A stretch of 64,000 nucleotides of DNA from Phoronis australis (Eukaryota > Animalia > Phoronida), in the NCBI GenBank assembly GCA_002633005.1, contig NMRA01000129.1:244791-308790 (forward strand). The letters run 5' to 3'. The notes below the pieces were generated by a model that had not been told where the DNA came from, made no database searches, and saw only the letters and a list, made by a program, of their open reading frames with translations. This document shows positions 40,201-53,731 of the stretch, one piece after another; the first letter of the stretch is position 1; each line of letters begins with the position of its first letter. A program made the position numbers and the translations under genes.

Positions 40201-43200
40201 GAATATCGTCCACCTACCGTTTTATCTGCAGAGTCAGGGACTGCCGCGGCCTCTTAACACAGAGTCTCCACTACATGACAGTTCACCCCAGAGAGCAGCC
40301 ACGAGAGTAAGTGATTGCCCATAGTAAGGAGTTTTTTCTCAACGTACTAGTGAATCTCAGTTGATGTCTACTCTTGTCTTCAGGGCCTGGTTGAATAAAA
40401 GTTACATGCCGGATAATAGCAAACACATTTAACTATTGCTCCCGTTGTATCTGTTGTTGAGTAATGCATTTCATAACACACAGAATCAAAGTTATCCATT
40501 GCGTAAATACAACCTAGCACCGGTGAGTAATTGCCACAAAAGTACTTTTGGTCAAGTTACAATTTTGCCCTTAAGTCATCCATTGCAATGTTGTTGTCAC
40601 TTTATACACAGCCAAGTGGCAGCATGTGTTATCAGTCCCATGTGACCAGTCGTCATGTTGTGGTGGTTGTCTCCCATGCTTCTGTGTTTAATGTTAATGT
40701 AGCATTTTATCATCTGATGTTATGAAGGCAGTTGGAACAAAATAGAGGAGGTGAATTGCAAGGGGGGGGGGGCACGACATGGATGTAGCATGTGAAATTA
40801 TTGATTTGACTAGTCATGGCTGCACTATCATGACATCCTTGAAAGTTGCCATTCACAGATTTCGAAAATGTCAGTTTCATGTTCTGGCCCATTAGTACAC
40901 TCAAAAATGCCCGTCTGCAATTTTTTGGTTTTCTTTGGAGCTGAACAGAAAATTAGGTTCAATACTGCCGCCCAGGCTCGGTTCCTGTCCATGGGAAAGG
41001 CAGGTGGTGAGAACCTGATGTTTGCGCACACATTTTGATCGGGCCCTTCCGGTTTTGACTAAACAATTCCCACTCCCCTTGGTTTACTTCTTTTAGATTA
41101 CTCGCATACTCCGATGTCTGTGTAATTGAGGCCTCATTGGCGAGCTACATGTTGCCAAATTAAGCCACAGAGTGTAAACATAGTCATCCATGTTTTTGAA
41201 AGCTACCGTACGTCAGGAACAGCAGACTTCTTACGCACAGTAGTTGGTGTGTTTTCTTTCTTTTTGTTTTGGATGTACGCAATTTTATCTGAAGGAGGAT
41301 GTGTTGTGTGAATCAGAGGAGAACTAGAGGAGAGACTGTAAACAAAAGAAGTAATTTCAAGCTTCAAGCCTGGTTGAGTGCTTATGCAGGCCTCGTCGTT
41401 GCTAATCCAATATTCCCTTATCCTTGTAGACAAGGCAGGACTCTACTTACTCGTCGTATTCAGGCCAAAATGACCTCCGACCTAGCAAGAGGCATCACCA
41501 TAAAAGTGTTGCGGGCAGTAACAATTTTCTCGGTTCAAGTTCGGTTAGTGTTCCCGGTGCATTCGGCAGCATGACCGTCAGTCGACCCCCGTCTGTAATG
41601 GACTTGTCCAAGTCAGTCATCAAGAACGACTACTTCAGTGATGTCAACCCTAAAAGCATGAGGCGTCTGATGAACATTGTGGCCATCACTGGTAAGTCTG
41701 TTCTGTCCCCTTCTGCATCCGTCACATTTGGGTCATACGTTTTAAAATGTTTGATGGAGACAGCTTAATGTCGTGAAGCAATGCTGTCTTTAAACTCATT
41801 CTGTTGTTGGAGTATTAGAAAAATGTTAAAAGCTATTAATGGCCATAAACTTAAAACTTAAAACTGAATATAAGAAGACACATGTCGTTAAAGATTTTAA
41901 AGCCCAACATTTCAGTCTATCGATCTTTATCATAAAGTAGGCAGCATGATTGTATCATTTCGGATTTTACCGTTCGCCGTGATAAACTGTATTCATTGAA
42001 ATGGTGTTTTTGTTGCAAGATTGGCATCAAAGACCAAGTGAACCATTGACCGCCATAAAACTGACCTCAAATCGTTCCTTAGTCAAAATTGGTGTAAAAT
42101 AGTTTATGAGTAAGTTTAGAAAGAAGTAACAGAATGAGTCTATTAACACTAGGCTGTACAAGTTGACTTGCGAGTTTTTTAAATTGGTGAGCGCAGGTCT
42201 CAAAATGAGTCGGGGTAAAGCTCAGAACCAACTTTGCTTATCTGACCTGCCCTAAAGCTATCTACTCTTGTTACAGGTCGGCTATTACGGGCATACAACA
42301 TTGACTTCAGCTGGTATCGACTGTCCGCATGGATCAACATCTCTGAACAGTGGCCATACAGAGCATCGTGGATTCTTCTCTATTATCACGAGAATGAAGA
42401 AACGATTGACGAGTCAGTGACTCTGAAGGAAATATATGACAAGTAGGTGCATGAGTATTATGGATTTGTGTTTTGTGAAAACAAATCCGCACCCAGTCCC
42501 TGCCCCCTTTTATCTTGAAATTTTTACCCCTAACGACACTTGGGTGTATATTTACACTTCTGAGTAATTTTTAACGTACGGTATGTATTGCCAGTGTAAA
42601 GCTACACTTGGGTGTATATTTACACCTGAGTAATTTTTAACGTATGGTATGTATTGCCAGTGTAAAGCTACACTTGGGTGTATATTTTACACCTGAGTAA
42701 TTTTAACATACGGCATGTATTACCAGTGTAAAGCTACACTTGGGTGTATATTTACAACTGAGTAATTGTTAACGTACAGTATGTATTGCCAGTGTAAAGC
42801 TACACTTAGGTGTATACACCACTTTCTGCAGTGATGTGGAATTTTTTGCACTCGTGCAAATACACACCGGGCACGTGTATGCAATTTAAATTTATGTGCG
42901 GATACAAATGCAGAATTGCTGGCCAAAATTGCCAGTACAAAATTTTCTTCAACCTTTGATCTCTTTTGTTTACACTTAGTAGCAGTATAATCAGTCTCAG
43001 TAATGACACGTGATACAGAATAATCGGGCACGGGAACCAGTTTTGCTCAATTAAAAAGTCCAAACAATGTTTTAGGCGCAGTATATTACTTCCATTGATA
43101 CTATCAGTGCAGTTGGAAAATCTCGAGTTTGTTATTCAGGTGATTGCCTTGTGGAAATCTTAGTCAGCATGATTGTGCTAATTTCAAATAATCCATTTTG

Positions 43201-46200
43201 TGAGCTGGAAAATTGATGCTTTCGCAATGCCGGAAAGGTTACCCATAGTGCGATTGATTACCAAGCCCTTTGTCAATTTAATTGCATTAATTCCAAAAAC
43301 TGTCTTATAGTCAGTTCATTGTCTTCTTTGTTTGTGATACGCTCAGACAATTCTTGACAAAACAAGTAGGCCTAAAGAAGGGCATCTGCCATTTGACGTG
43401 AATGTTCCATTCTTCATATTCAAACTTTTCATTAACTGTGTTCTGCCAACAGTCCATTGATCTTTCTCAAACTATCATTTGTAAGATCAATCCCGGAGCA
43501 GCCCAGCTTCAAGGTATATATAATAGAGGAGTCTTGTCTTCAGTGGCAAATGTTGCTTGTGTCACTTCTTGGCTTCCAAATGTATAGAGAACTGAGCACA
43601 TATATATCTCTTTTCGTCTTCCTCATACGAATGCCATGCAAATTTACATTATACGCCTAGGTGTATATCTGCGTATGGATAATGTGTGCGATCATAGTAA
43701 AAGTGCTGCATATAAACATGGCTTAAAAGGTAGCGTATTTCTACTTCATATTTATTTACTATTTCTAAAAACATTGACTAGTTTGTTTCTTTTTGTGATT
43801 TAAAATGTGCGGTGCATTTTCTTATAAAGAATCGTCAGTACAACGAAGCAATGTGAATCACATTTTGTGAATATTTAATTATGTAATTTGAATGTCATAT
43901 CTAAACACTGTAGTTGCAAAGAAAACCTGCATGACTGAACAGCATATTGTCTTGGCTGGGACAGGTTCTTGTTAATCTTTCAAGTTAGTACATCAAATGG
44001 GTGTTTGTTCTGAAATTCTGTATCAAACGGCGATTAATAACAAGGAAAAGAAATTTCTTCATATTTGATTATTAATGAAGGTGTTGCGTTCATGGCCGTG
44101 TTATAAAACGTTGGATAATTTATTTTAATTCCCAAAATCAAAGAGACGTGCATGTCAGGTTTGTAAAAAAAAACACAGGTTGTCATTATAATTTCATAAT
44201 TTGCTTGCAGTGTCATTGACAGAATCCCCTTGTCGAAGGATGTCGACCCTCTTATGGAGATAGACCGTAACCCACGCAAATTTGAGGTGTTTCTCACTAG
44301 TCACACCCCCATGTTGAATGTGGCCGACATCAGGAAGTTCCTACCTTGTACCATCAGCCTTGATCCATATCTCAGGAAGTTAATCAAAGGTATGTGTAAG
44401 TATGATCTGCCAAAGATCGCGACGCCTATCTGTGGTTTGTTTCTGAGAAAATTATTTTGCTAAACGGACAATGCAAGAACGTCTATAGGTTAGCTGGGGA
44501 ATGGCCACGGATGATTGATGAAGGAGGACATTCATGAATGACTGATGAATGGTCCCCTGAACATCTAGAGGACATTCATGAATGACTGATGAATGGTCGC
44601 CTGAGCATCTAGAGGACATTCATGAATGACTTATGAATGGACACCTGAGCATCTAGAGGACATTCATGAATGACTGATGAGTGGTCCCCTGAACATCCAG
44701 AGGACATTCATGAATGACTGATGAATGGTCGCCTGAGCATCTAGAGGACATTCATGAATCACTGAGGAATGGTCGCCTGAGCATCTAGAGGACGGCTATG
44801 AATGACTGATGAATGGTCACCTGAGCATCTAAAGGAGGTCTATGAATAACTGATGAATGCTTGCCTGAATATCTAGGGGACATCTATGAATGAGTGATGA
44901 ATGGTCGTCTGAGCATTGAGAGGATGTCTATGAATAACTGTTGAATGGTCGCCTGAGCATCTAGAGGATGGTTGTTGGCCGCTATGTATGACTAATGTGT
45001 GGTCACCTCACCATCTAGAACATGGTTGTGGCAAAGCTACTAATGACCGATGTATAATCCACATTGCTGGTCTGGCTGATGTTTGACTGTCTCATTGTCC
45101 CCTTGTTCAACAAAAGATTTTTTTAACAACCCGTTGTCTTTTGTGTTCTTGACTTTATACGCAGATTGTGATTTTCTCATCCAGCCTCCTTGATTGGTTC
45201 ATACTAGTACAGACTGAAGTAGTAGGCTTCCGTCTTCAATAATGATGTGCATTCTGTAGTTTGTTGTCAAGTAACTTGTGGTAGAGTACAAATTCCAGTT
45301 TTTCAAACTTTCTTAGACGAACATTGATATTGTTAATAAGCTTTTATTTGGTTTTCCACCTTCAAGGCAGAATTTCAACTTTTTTTCTCAAATCTGTTAC
45401 TAATGCTTATAGTGTTTGGCTTTTCTCACTCTGGACTATCGTTGTTGTACTCTGAGTTGTAATACGTCTCTTAGACAAAATCTGCAAAAAATCTGGAAAG
45501 ATTTTTGACGATGATTTTTCCTAACTAGTGGACTAGTGTTGGTAAGTGGTTACAGATCTTTATTGTAAAACACAGTTTATTGGGAAATTGGAATATATTT
45601 GAACTGTCATATTTCTGTTACATGTTACAGACAAGAGTGGTTTGTATAATTATGTCCTGATTATGTAGTAACTTAACCCGCTTGTCATGCCCAACACCTT
45701 CATCACTATTCACAACTCAACACACAATCAGAGCCAAGACTATGCAGCCTTGTCATAGGTTGGCTGGTGAATGTCAGTTTTTCTTGAAAGATGACTGATT
45801 GTTTCTTAAATCACATGTCGTGATTTAAAAGAGTTGTTTTTAGATTAAGGGTTGCTCATAGAGGGCGCACACCCCCATCTCTCTTGTGTGTGTGTGTTTG
45901 TGTCCTTTTATTTTGAGCAAGGTCCGTGTTTTGCCATTGACCAAAACTGGATGCACCTTAGCCTACACATATTTTGAAGGTCATTTACCATATTTTGAAG
46001 GTCATTTACCATATTTTGAAGGTCATTTACCATATTTCGAAGGTCATTTACCATATTTTGAAGGTCACAACTCCCACTGATTAGGAGTGTACTGAACAAG
46101 GTTCTGTTTCACGGCTAAATCTATGTTGTGACATATATCTTTCCAAAAATTACTGACCAAATACTTATATTCATAAAAGGCCTTGCAGTGTTATGTTTAT

Positions 46201-49200
46201 GGATGATTATTCTCACACCCCCATCCAAAACGGGGTCAACTGGTCCAACCCGATTTGATCATGAGATAGGATTTCCTTGTTGTGTTTTATTGTCAGTAAC
46301 AGTTGACTGTTGCTTGGTTGTTTTTCCAACGTTATATGGCTCATAATGCTTTTAGTAGACACGTGTAGACACCAGAGGTTCTGTCCTGTGATTTGGTCAA
46401 TGTCTCGGCCAGTGTTTTTTCTTTAAATTTTTGTTAATGGTCTGTATTTTCATCGTGCATGTCCAGTGTGGCCAGTTAATGCCTGTCTTTCCAACTTGGG
46501 GATCGTTCGTAATCATAAATGTAATTATGCTTTTGATGTCGTAAACATGGCCATGGCAGAAATTCAGTGCTTTTTCACTTAAAAATATTTTGAACATTTT
46601 TTGAATTTTTATTTGCAATTTTACCGCATCCATGTAATTGAACATCAGTATGGAAGTTTATAACATACTGTTTACGAAAATAAATAACTGGTCTACCAAA
46701 ATATCAAATTTCTGGAAGTTACAAGTACCTCGTGAAATGGTGATGATTATGAGCATTCCCTTAGATTTGTTAAGTTTGGTAGTGACTATTTCTCTGTGTG
46801 TCTTTAGTTCAGTTCTTTGTCTCACCTCCTTTGCATATTAAGTGGTTAACTTTATGTTCTAACCTAATTTGCCGTGTTTTTAGTCATAGCCTGTTGTGTT
46901 TCTCTCATTAACTTGGGTTTTCGCTCTCAATGGATTTAACCTTTTCTTTTTTGTTACAATGACATTTTGACATGGTTTCCTATTCGTTTTTCCTGCCAAA
47001 ACCTTATGGTTGGAATTAGTTTCAATCTTAAAATTTTGATTGCATCATCTGTGATAAATATCCTCAACGCATAATGAAGGTTTTACTGATGTTTAACTTG
47101 TGTGAATTGATTTTTAAGGTTTCTAAACAAATCGTTTCTTGCTAGTATGAAAGGTGTGAACTGTATTAACGTAAAGGTAACACGTTTGAGTAGCGTATAA
47201 CAGCCTTTGTGCAAAATCACTTGAAAATTTACTTTGAAAAGCTTTTAATTATTTTGTCCTACTTGTTCTGAATGACTGTGGTAAAGGCTTTATTTTCACT
47301 AATAAAATGATTCAGACAATTAAAATTCTTAGTTTGTTTTCAGATTTTCAAAATAAGAAGATAGAGTAGTATTTTATTTAATAAGTTAGCCTCGAGTTAT
47401 TGCCTCAAAGTTATGCCGAAACCTGGTCGTTTTTTTGATTAGTAGATATTTTTGTTTCTCGTTGAGAACCACTTTTACCGTGACAGTGTGCTCTTTGTTG
47501 TAAGCAGTTATACTTTATCGAAAGTCATACGTGTACTTTTTCTACATACTAACAGTTTTTGTTGATGCTGTGTTCATTTCCTTCGGTCTTATGAGTTACC
47601 AGTCACCAAAGTTACAACTACTTGCATTTACAGAAATGAGCCACCAGACCGATCAAATGGGGCAAGAGTTTGGCCTGTGCAGTCCTCTTGCAACTCCGAG
47701 TAAAGGAGATTCAGTCAGGCGTCGGCACGTTAGTTCTGGCGGTGACACTCCTCGAATGGTGCCCAACGGATCCGCGGCCCGAATACAGCAGCGATTGCAA
47801 CAGCAGCAACAGATCTACCCCGGTTTATCAACTCATCTGCAACCGATAGTGGCGCCCCCAATGGTTGGGCCTCACAGCATGGTGCAGCAGCCTTACTCTC
47901 TGCCTTACTGTTTCGAGAGGCAGCCTGCACCATTCATGGCTAAAATGAACTTGAAAGTAAGTGCCACAGTCACTCCACACTGACCGCCATGTAGTCCTTG
48001 CATGATAATTGACCTATCCCAAGCTCTGCCCCCTTGCGTAATGTCGACTAACAAACAATAAGTTTTACCCGGCGACGTGTTGTTTGTCGGGTAAAATGGC
48101 GGCTTGGGAACGAAGGTGTGTCAATAATGATGAGTTCTAAATGGTCAGTTAAGCCGTCACTCAAAATCCTAGTGATAGGTCAACTCTGTAATGTAGTCCA
48201 AATGATGGAAATTAGAAAAAAAAAATTAGGACAGCATTTCTTTTGTTTGGGGAATGGAGGTACGTGGATAATAGAGTATTACTAAATTATATACTTGTCA
48301 TCAAAACTGTCCAAGCATGTAATGGTCCGTAACTTCACTTTTGTGCTCATTTTCAGATTGACGAAAGGTTAAGCGATCTTTCGGTCAGCCAAGTGTGTGA
48401 GCTGTTACCGAAACTTCCCGGATTGGACGGAACAAAAGTGAGCAAGTACTATAATACATTCGTTGACTCCAACATTAGTGGGTTGGTCTTGGCCAGCTGC
48501 GATATGGACGAACTGAAGCAGGTCCTAGGCATGTCATTTGGCGATTGGCAACTATTCAGAGCCGCCATATTGTGTTTGAGGGATCAGGAGCTTGATGCAT
48601 TGCAGAGCAACGAGAAGCAAAGTGATCTCAGCAACACTGAGAGGAGTCATGCTGCTTTAGTCGCTGAAAAGTTACAGGCTTCTGTTGAACAAGAGAGAAA
48701 GCCTCGATCCATCAACAGAGCAGTGTCCTCTGACTGTGATGTGACTAGTCAACTACCGACACCAAGATCTCGAAGCAGTTCCATCTCAAATTCTCATAAG
48801 AACATTCCTCGGCCGACTAGCAAGGTAGAGGAGAGAAGGGCTATGCCTCGTCAGGACAGTGTAGTGCACCAAATTATGATGGAGAATATGCTCCTGCGAG
48901 ACGTCATGGACGACTTTACAAACGGACAGTCTGCTCTGGAAGAAGAGAGTTCGGAGGTCATGACCGTTAACCAGACCGGTCTGGACGATCCGCTGGACAC
49001 GCTGGACGATGATGCAGCTAGTGACTTTTCCTCAGGAGCGTGTTTGGTTGGAGAACCCGTGGTGTTCACTCAGTCGTCTGTATCGGAAACCGACGGACAA
49101 AGCATTCACCTCGAGATGGAAACGTTCGCTAAGGCAGAGGAGGAGACCGATGGCATCTCAACGCGAGTTGTCAGACCAAGAGATATTCAGCTTGATCAGA

Positions 49201-49727
49201 AAAAGACCGTCAGGGACTCACTCGGTAGTATCCAACCGAAAACTGTAACGTTTGAAGAAGAAACCAGCAGCGAATGCTCTTCAGATACGGCTCCCCTCGT
49301 AAACTCTAGAGAGCCTAGTCCACTCAAGATGATGATTGCCACTAGTCTAGAGAAGCTGCACCATCTCAAAGGTCACATTACTAACGTAGTCGTGCATAAA
49401 AGTAGCCAGTCTGATGCAGACGGCTGCAGTGAACATCTGCTCTCTTCAGTGGGCTGTGACAGTGTCGACTCGGCCTTGTCCTCCACAACAGCAGGCACTG
49501 ACGCTAGTCTTCCACAGTCGGATAATAATGTAGAAATGTCAGAGCTGAAAGATCCCCATCGACCCACAGAGCGAAGCAAAAGTCGTCACACGTCACGATT
49601 TACCGTGACGAGGAGCAAAGAAGACATTAAAGACAGTTTGCGGTCATCACGTGAAAGTGGTATCGAGTTCAGTTCACATCAAGGTTCGCCTGAAACTGGC
49701 GAATGTAAAGTGGACATTGGATTATAA
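25209..49727 (+). CDS. KIDINS220: Kinase D-interacting substrate of 220 kDa (KIDINS220/ARMS): ankyrin repeats, KAP P-loop NTPase with TM helices, SAM-like domain
   Basis: 22 phase-consistent GT-AG exons: 25209-25319, 25832-25930, 27267-27365, 27797-27895, 28546-28644, 29010-29108, 29738-29836, 30118-30216, 30943-31041, 33379-33477, 34897-34995, 35673-35850, 36333-36497, 37425-37607, 38165-38324, 38937-39082, 39618-40306, 41430-41691, 42277-42442, 44211-44389, 47634-47956, 48357-49727 (4923 nt, 1640 aa). Diagnostic segments: [13 protein letters not shown], Walker [10 protein letters not shown], Walker [42 protein letters not shown]. Confidence 0.96.
31050..31625. repeat. Degenerate (TGTGGT/TGTGT)n low-complexity tract
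   Basis: Almost purely G/T on the + strand, starting right after a KIDINS220 splice donor. Confidence 0.92.
31831..33257 (+). mobile_element. Helentron-associated (HINE/DINE-1-like) non-autonomous element, copy 1, in a KIDINS220 intron (contains N gap)
   Basis: T-run, subterminal IR ATGCGCCCACA (31837) within a 5' hairpin, (GTCC)n microsatellite, internal degenerate tandem units, 3' subTIR TGTGGGCGCAT (33222-33232), stem-loop CAACGC-TCT-GCGTTG, ending CTCTTGTT. Confidence 0.85.
42535..42818. repeat. Approximately 67-bp tandem repeat, about 4.3 copies
   Basis: CTACACTTGGGTGTATATTTACAC...GTATTGCCAGTGTAAAG units. Confidence 0.92.
44524..45020. repeat. 44-bp minisatellite, about 10-11 copies
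   Basis: GAGGACATTCATGAATGACTGATGAATGGTCGCCTGAGCATCTA units without spacers. Confidence 0.93.
45968..46065. repeat. 21-bp tandem repeat, about 4.7 copies
   Basis: CATATTTTGAAGGTCATTTAC units. Confidence 0.92.
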
Positions 49728-52565
49728 TTGTAATACCGGTATCGAAGCACATGCTCAAAGATCTTCGCTTATCTCAACTTTTTGTTACAGGGTCATTTCT
49801 TGCGTATTTGGGGTCTATTAATGGACTTACTGATTCTCCCCATTGTGTCTCAAATCTTTTCTTATTGTGATAGAAAATCATCCTTGTTCCAAACAGATAA
49901 TACAGGACATGGATAAGGGAAGAGAGGGTGTAAAGAAATCATTTTTTACGAAGTTGGCCAAGTTTTGTTTTAAAACCTCTGATACTTTCTACCAGTCGCA
50001 GGTGACATCTTCTTGGCTTTTATCTGGAAACGCCAATTACTTTATGGCAAATTTTGCGATTCGGTTGTGAATGCTGAAAGTTAATCTTGTTCTTATTTTT
50101 ATGCTTAGGGCAGTAAATGGGAAGGGTGTCCCATTCCACCACATGCAGTGTGCTATCTTTAAAAATCTGTTTTTGGCACTATTTTTTTTTACTGAGGACT
50201 GAGCAGAGGTCAGTGATTACTTCTGCAGAAGTTGGGTTTGGACATTTATATCACGACTTAATGTTGCATTAAGGTTATGTAAGACCATATTGATAGGTCT
50301 GTGCATTAAGAGAGTAAAATTTGATTATTGCCAGTCAGCCATAATTTTGTTTGAGTCACATGATAATGTTTTTTTTTGTTAACTTAGAGAAAAAACGAAC
50401 ATACATTAATAGCAAAACAATAGCATGACCAAATTTCATTTCAAGACAAAATCTCAAGAACAGTGTTATGGTTTTCTAAATTTTCACTTTGTTTTGCGCT
50501 ATTTTCACTTTTTTCACAAAAATCTTAAAAGTCCAATGTTTGATTGCCCCTCATGATAAAATTCAACTTTAATGAACAATTCCTAACGACATTTTTGAGA
50601 ATGCTGCATAAAGCCTGAAAGTTTCACTTGAATCCAAAGTTTTCTAGCTGAAGGGTCTTACGTAACTATCAGTGACATTTATACTCTTCTTACGGTTCTT
50701 TGCAACAGAGTGTAGTCTTCAAGCAGTTGGTGGTCTAGAGAATACTTTGTTCGGCGAACAATAGGTGTCGCTATAGGACGTCTTCCGCTACTCGCTTCAA
50801 GCCACGATTGTGCTGTCGAACTCTTTTATTGCTAAGACCTGCTTTTGTTTATTTACAGATCCTCTTCATTCTAATAAAGACGATCTTTGAAATAACTATA
50901 TGTTTATTTATGTTCATTTGCTATAAAACATGTCATTTGTAACGTGGTGCGATACTTTAGGTTCCATAGTTCCTGTTGTGTACCCTGATCTCTTGAACCT
51001 ACACAAAACACACACTTTATGTTCAATTTTTGTGTTCTAGTGACAGTGTTTTGAAGTTCACTCAGTAACGTCACGCCACCAGGTGGCACTATGAGTTGTG
51101 GTGTAAATGTGAGACTTTCTATTTGATTGTTGTTATTGTGGGTATTTTTTTCTTGACTCATAAAAATTTCAAAAACCATGGTGCACTTGGGTAAGTCAAA
51201 ATAGATTAGAAAGGGTAACGGTGTACAAATAATGTAAATTTAATATACATTTTATTTTAAAACTTGAGATAGATGTAAATATTGAAATGCGCACATTGTA
51301 AGATAGGCAGCAACAATTCTGTGGAGGGTCTTTCCTGATTAAAGAGGTCTTATCACATTATGTGCAAATCATCTTTTGTTTACCGTCTACCACCAGAGAC
51401 CTGGTATTTTGGGCATTGTTGGGCAACTGCAGAAGTACAGTACAACAAATGAGGATTTGAAGTCCAAAAACAGGAATTAGCATGTTTTGTTTACCTAGTT
51501 GTATTTTTTATTTTTGCGACACAATGGCATGCTATTAATCCAACTTATTCAATTTTTATTTTTAAGTGACAGCTTTACGTGTGGTATTTGTATTGTGTCT
51601 GCGTGAGATATTGTTTGTGTGGTTTTCTTGCTGGATTACAGATCATATAATTTTGCAGAAGTTACCAGTTACCATGTATTATAGCTTAGATAACAAGATA
51701 TAGCCACTTTAAATCTGGGAGGGTTAACGTTGGCTGGGGTGCAGTCATGAATATATGAGAAGTTACTGTGTTCAGGGAACTAGCTTTTTATTGTTATGTA
51801 AGATCATTAGGTTTGTTGAACAGTTTGTAGCTGATTGCCAGCACAGTAAAACTCGCATGGGTCAAACGTGCAAGTCGGATTTTCACTTACAGTACCATTG
51901 TACCATTTAGAACGTGCACTCTCTCCTTCAGATTAGTAGGATTTTGCCTTATTTGGATAGAATCTTCCGGTCTGATTGGATTGGATTTATGTGCGTTTTA
52001 TGGTTAAATAAGTGTTTTGAATAAAAACGTGTCTCACTTGCAACTTTTTTTCGATGGAGATGGACATCATTTTCTGGGTACAGTTTAACAATCATAGTCT
52101 CGATTCTGTGTATAAAAACATGATGAGATATGTATTTCATATACTACGACCGTGTTTTACATAACCTGCCTCAAGTCCCCTCATTATTTAACTGTAACTT
52201 GAAAATGGTGGACTTCTCGGAAACCCGTCACGATTCGAACACTCCAATGTCTTTAGTTGTTGACATTTGATACCACAAGATCATTTTATGATAGAAGTGC
52301 GAGAATCCAATTATTGTGTCATCACATTTGGGATATTTGCTCTGTGGTTCTGCTGTTGTTTTTCCATTGCATTTGTGGGACAATTGTCAGTTCGTAAACA
52401 TCGCGTGACGTCACAGATAGGTGTGGATGTGCTATCTGATTGTTGCATTTTCTGATCTATATATTAAGGTGATTCATTTTGAGGTTAATTCTCATTTTAG
52501 TTTGTATGATGGTTGCTTAGGTGGACCCTTGCAAGTGACAAGAATGGTTTGGTACAAAATTATTT

Positions 52566-52870
52566 ACATGTCACTGGGTGTTTACAAGCCGACAAGCGTC
52601 TCGCAGTACATTAGAAAAATGACATCAGCACCGTAAATGAAATTCATGAAATTTCTTAGTGCTAAAGTTCATTGGGTGAAAGACTTATAGTTTGGTGTGC
52701 TGTGCCTTATATCAAACACATGTCACTGGGTGTTTACATGCTGACAAGGGTCTCGCAGTACATTTGAAAAATGACATCAGCACCCTAAATGAAATCCATG
52801 GAATTTCTTAGTGCTGAAGTTCATCAGGAGAAAGACTTATAGTTTGGTGTGCTGTGCCTTATCTCAAACA
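52566..52870. repeat. Approximately 153-bp tandem duplication
   Basis: ACATGTCACTGGGTGTTTACA...GTGCTGTGCCTTAT occurs twice with scattered substitutions. Confidence 0.88.
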
Positions 52871-53731
52871 CGATTGGTAAACTCCTCTGTGTTGAATTAA
52901 AATAAACACATCGTCACAGACATTTTAGGAGCTCTCTGATTCTTTTGTTTTTCTTCGTAAAAATTATAATGTTCTGGCTGCCATCTTTATTCCCACTCCT
53001 GCGCCATCTGTTGTTCACAACAATAACACATACACTGCAAAATTTGTTTTTTTATTATGCCACCGTCATGCTTCAACACCATGTTGAATGCTTTTTATTT
53101 TAAAAATCTGTGGTCAATTTTGTTGCCATTTAGTTTCACAGTGTACACCAACCACTCTTACTAATGCATGCGCCTGCACGAGAAGCAAAGGTGAACATGC
53201 CTACACAATGATGTCAAATACACTGGGACTTTAGAATTGCAACTATAGAGTTTGAAAGCATAAAGAATGCGATCACAAACATTGAGAGGGACAGCTTTAC
53301 TAGGAAGTGGGAGAATTTGAGAGTACATATCCGTAAATTCAATTTAACACTGGTACAAATATTTTGTGAGATCATTCTCTTGGAGTGTGCGTGTGTGTAC
53401 ATGCGTTGGCTCATTTCTCACCACATAGCTTTGAGTCAAATTTCATCATGATCTGCCCAGCAGTTTTTGAGATAATCAACGCCCAAACAGGATGCTAAAT
53501 GGCTGCATCAAAATCAGAGAATCCTTTAAAACTCTTAATAAAAACCACAGGACCTCCGTGTACTTGTATATGTGCCGGGGTATTCATCTTGTGTTGGTAC
53601 ACCTTAGGTAAGACACTGGAGTAGCGTAGTCCCCCTGCCTAGGCCTTTGTCATGAAACGTAATTGTCAAAAGATTTTGTGCTCTCAAAAGGAGGTCGGGT
53701 AGACGAGCATTTCTCTCAGTCACAAATGGTC

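Noticed and set aside
44524-45020. CRISPR-like appearance of regular repeats (also 4251, 11201, 42535)
   Set aside because: Head-to-tail units with no unique spacers, no cas genes, and a eukaryotic context.
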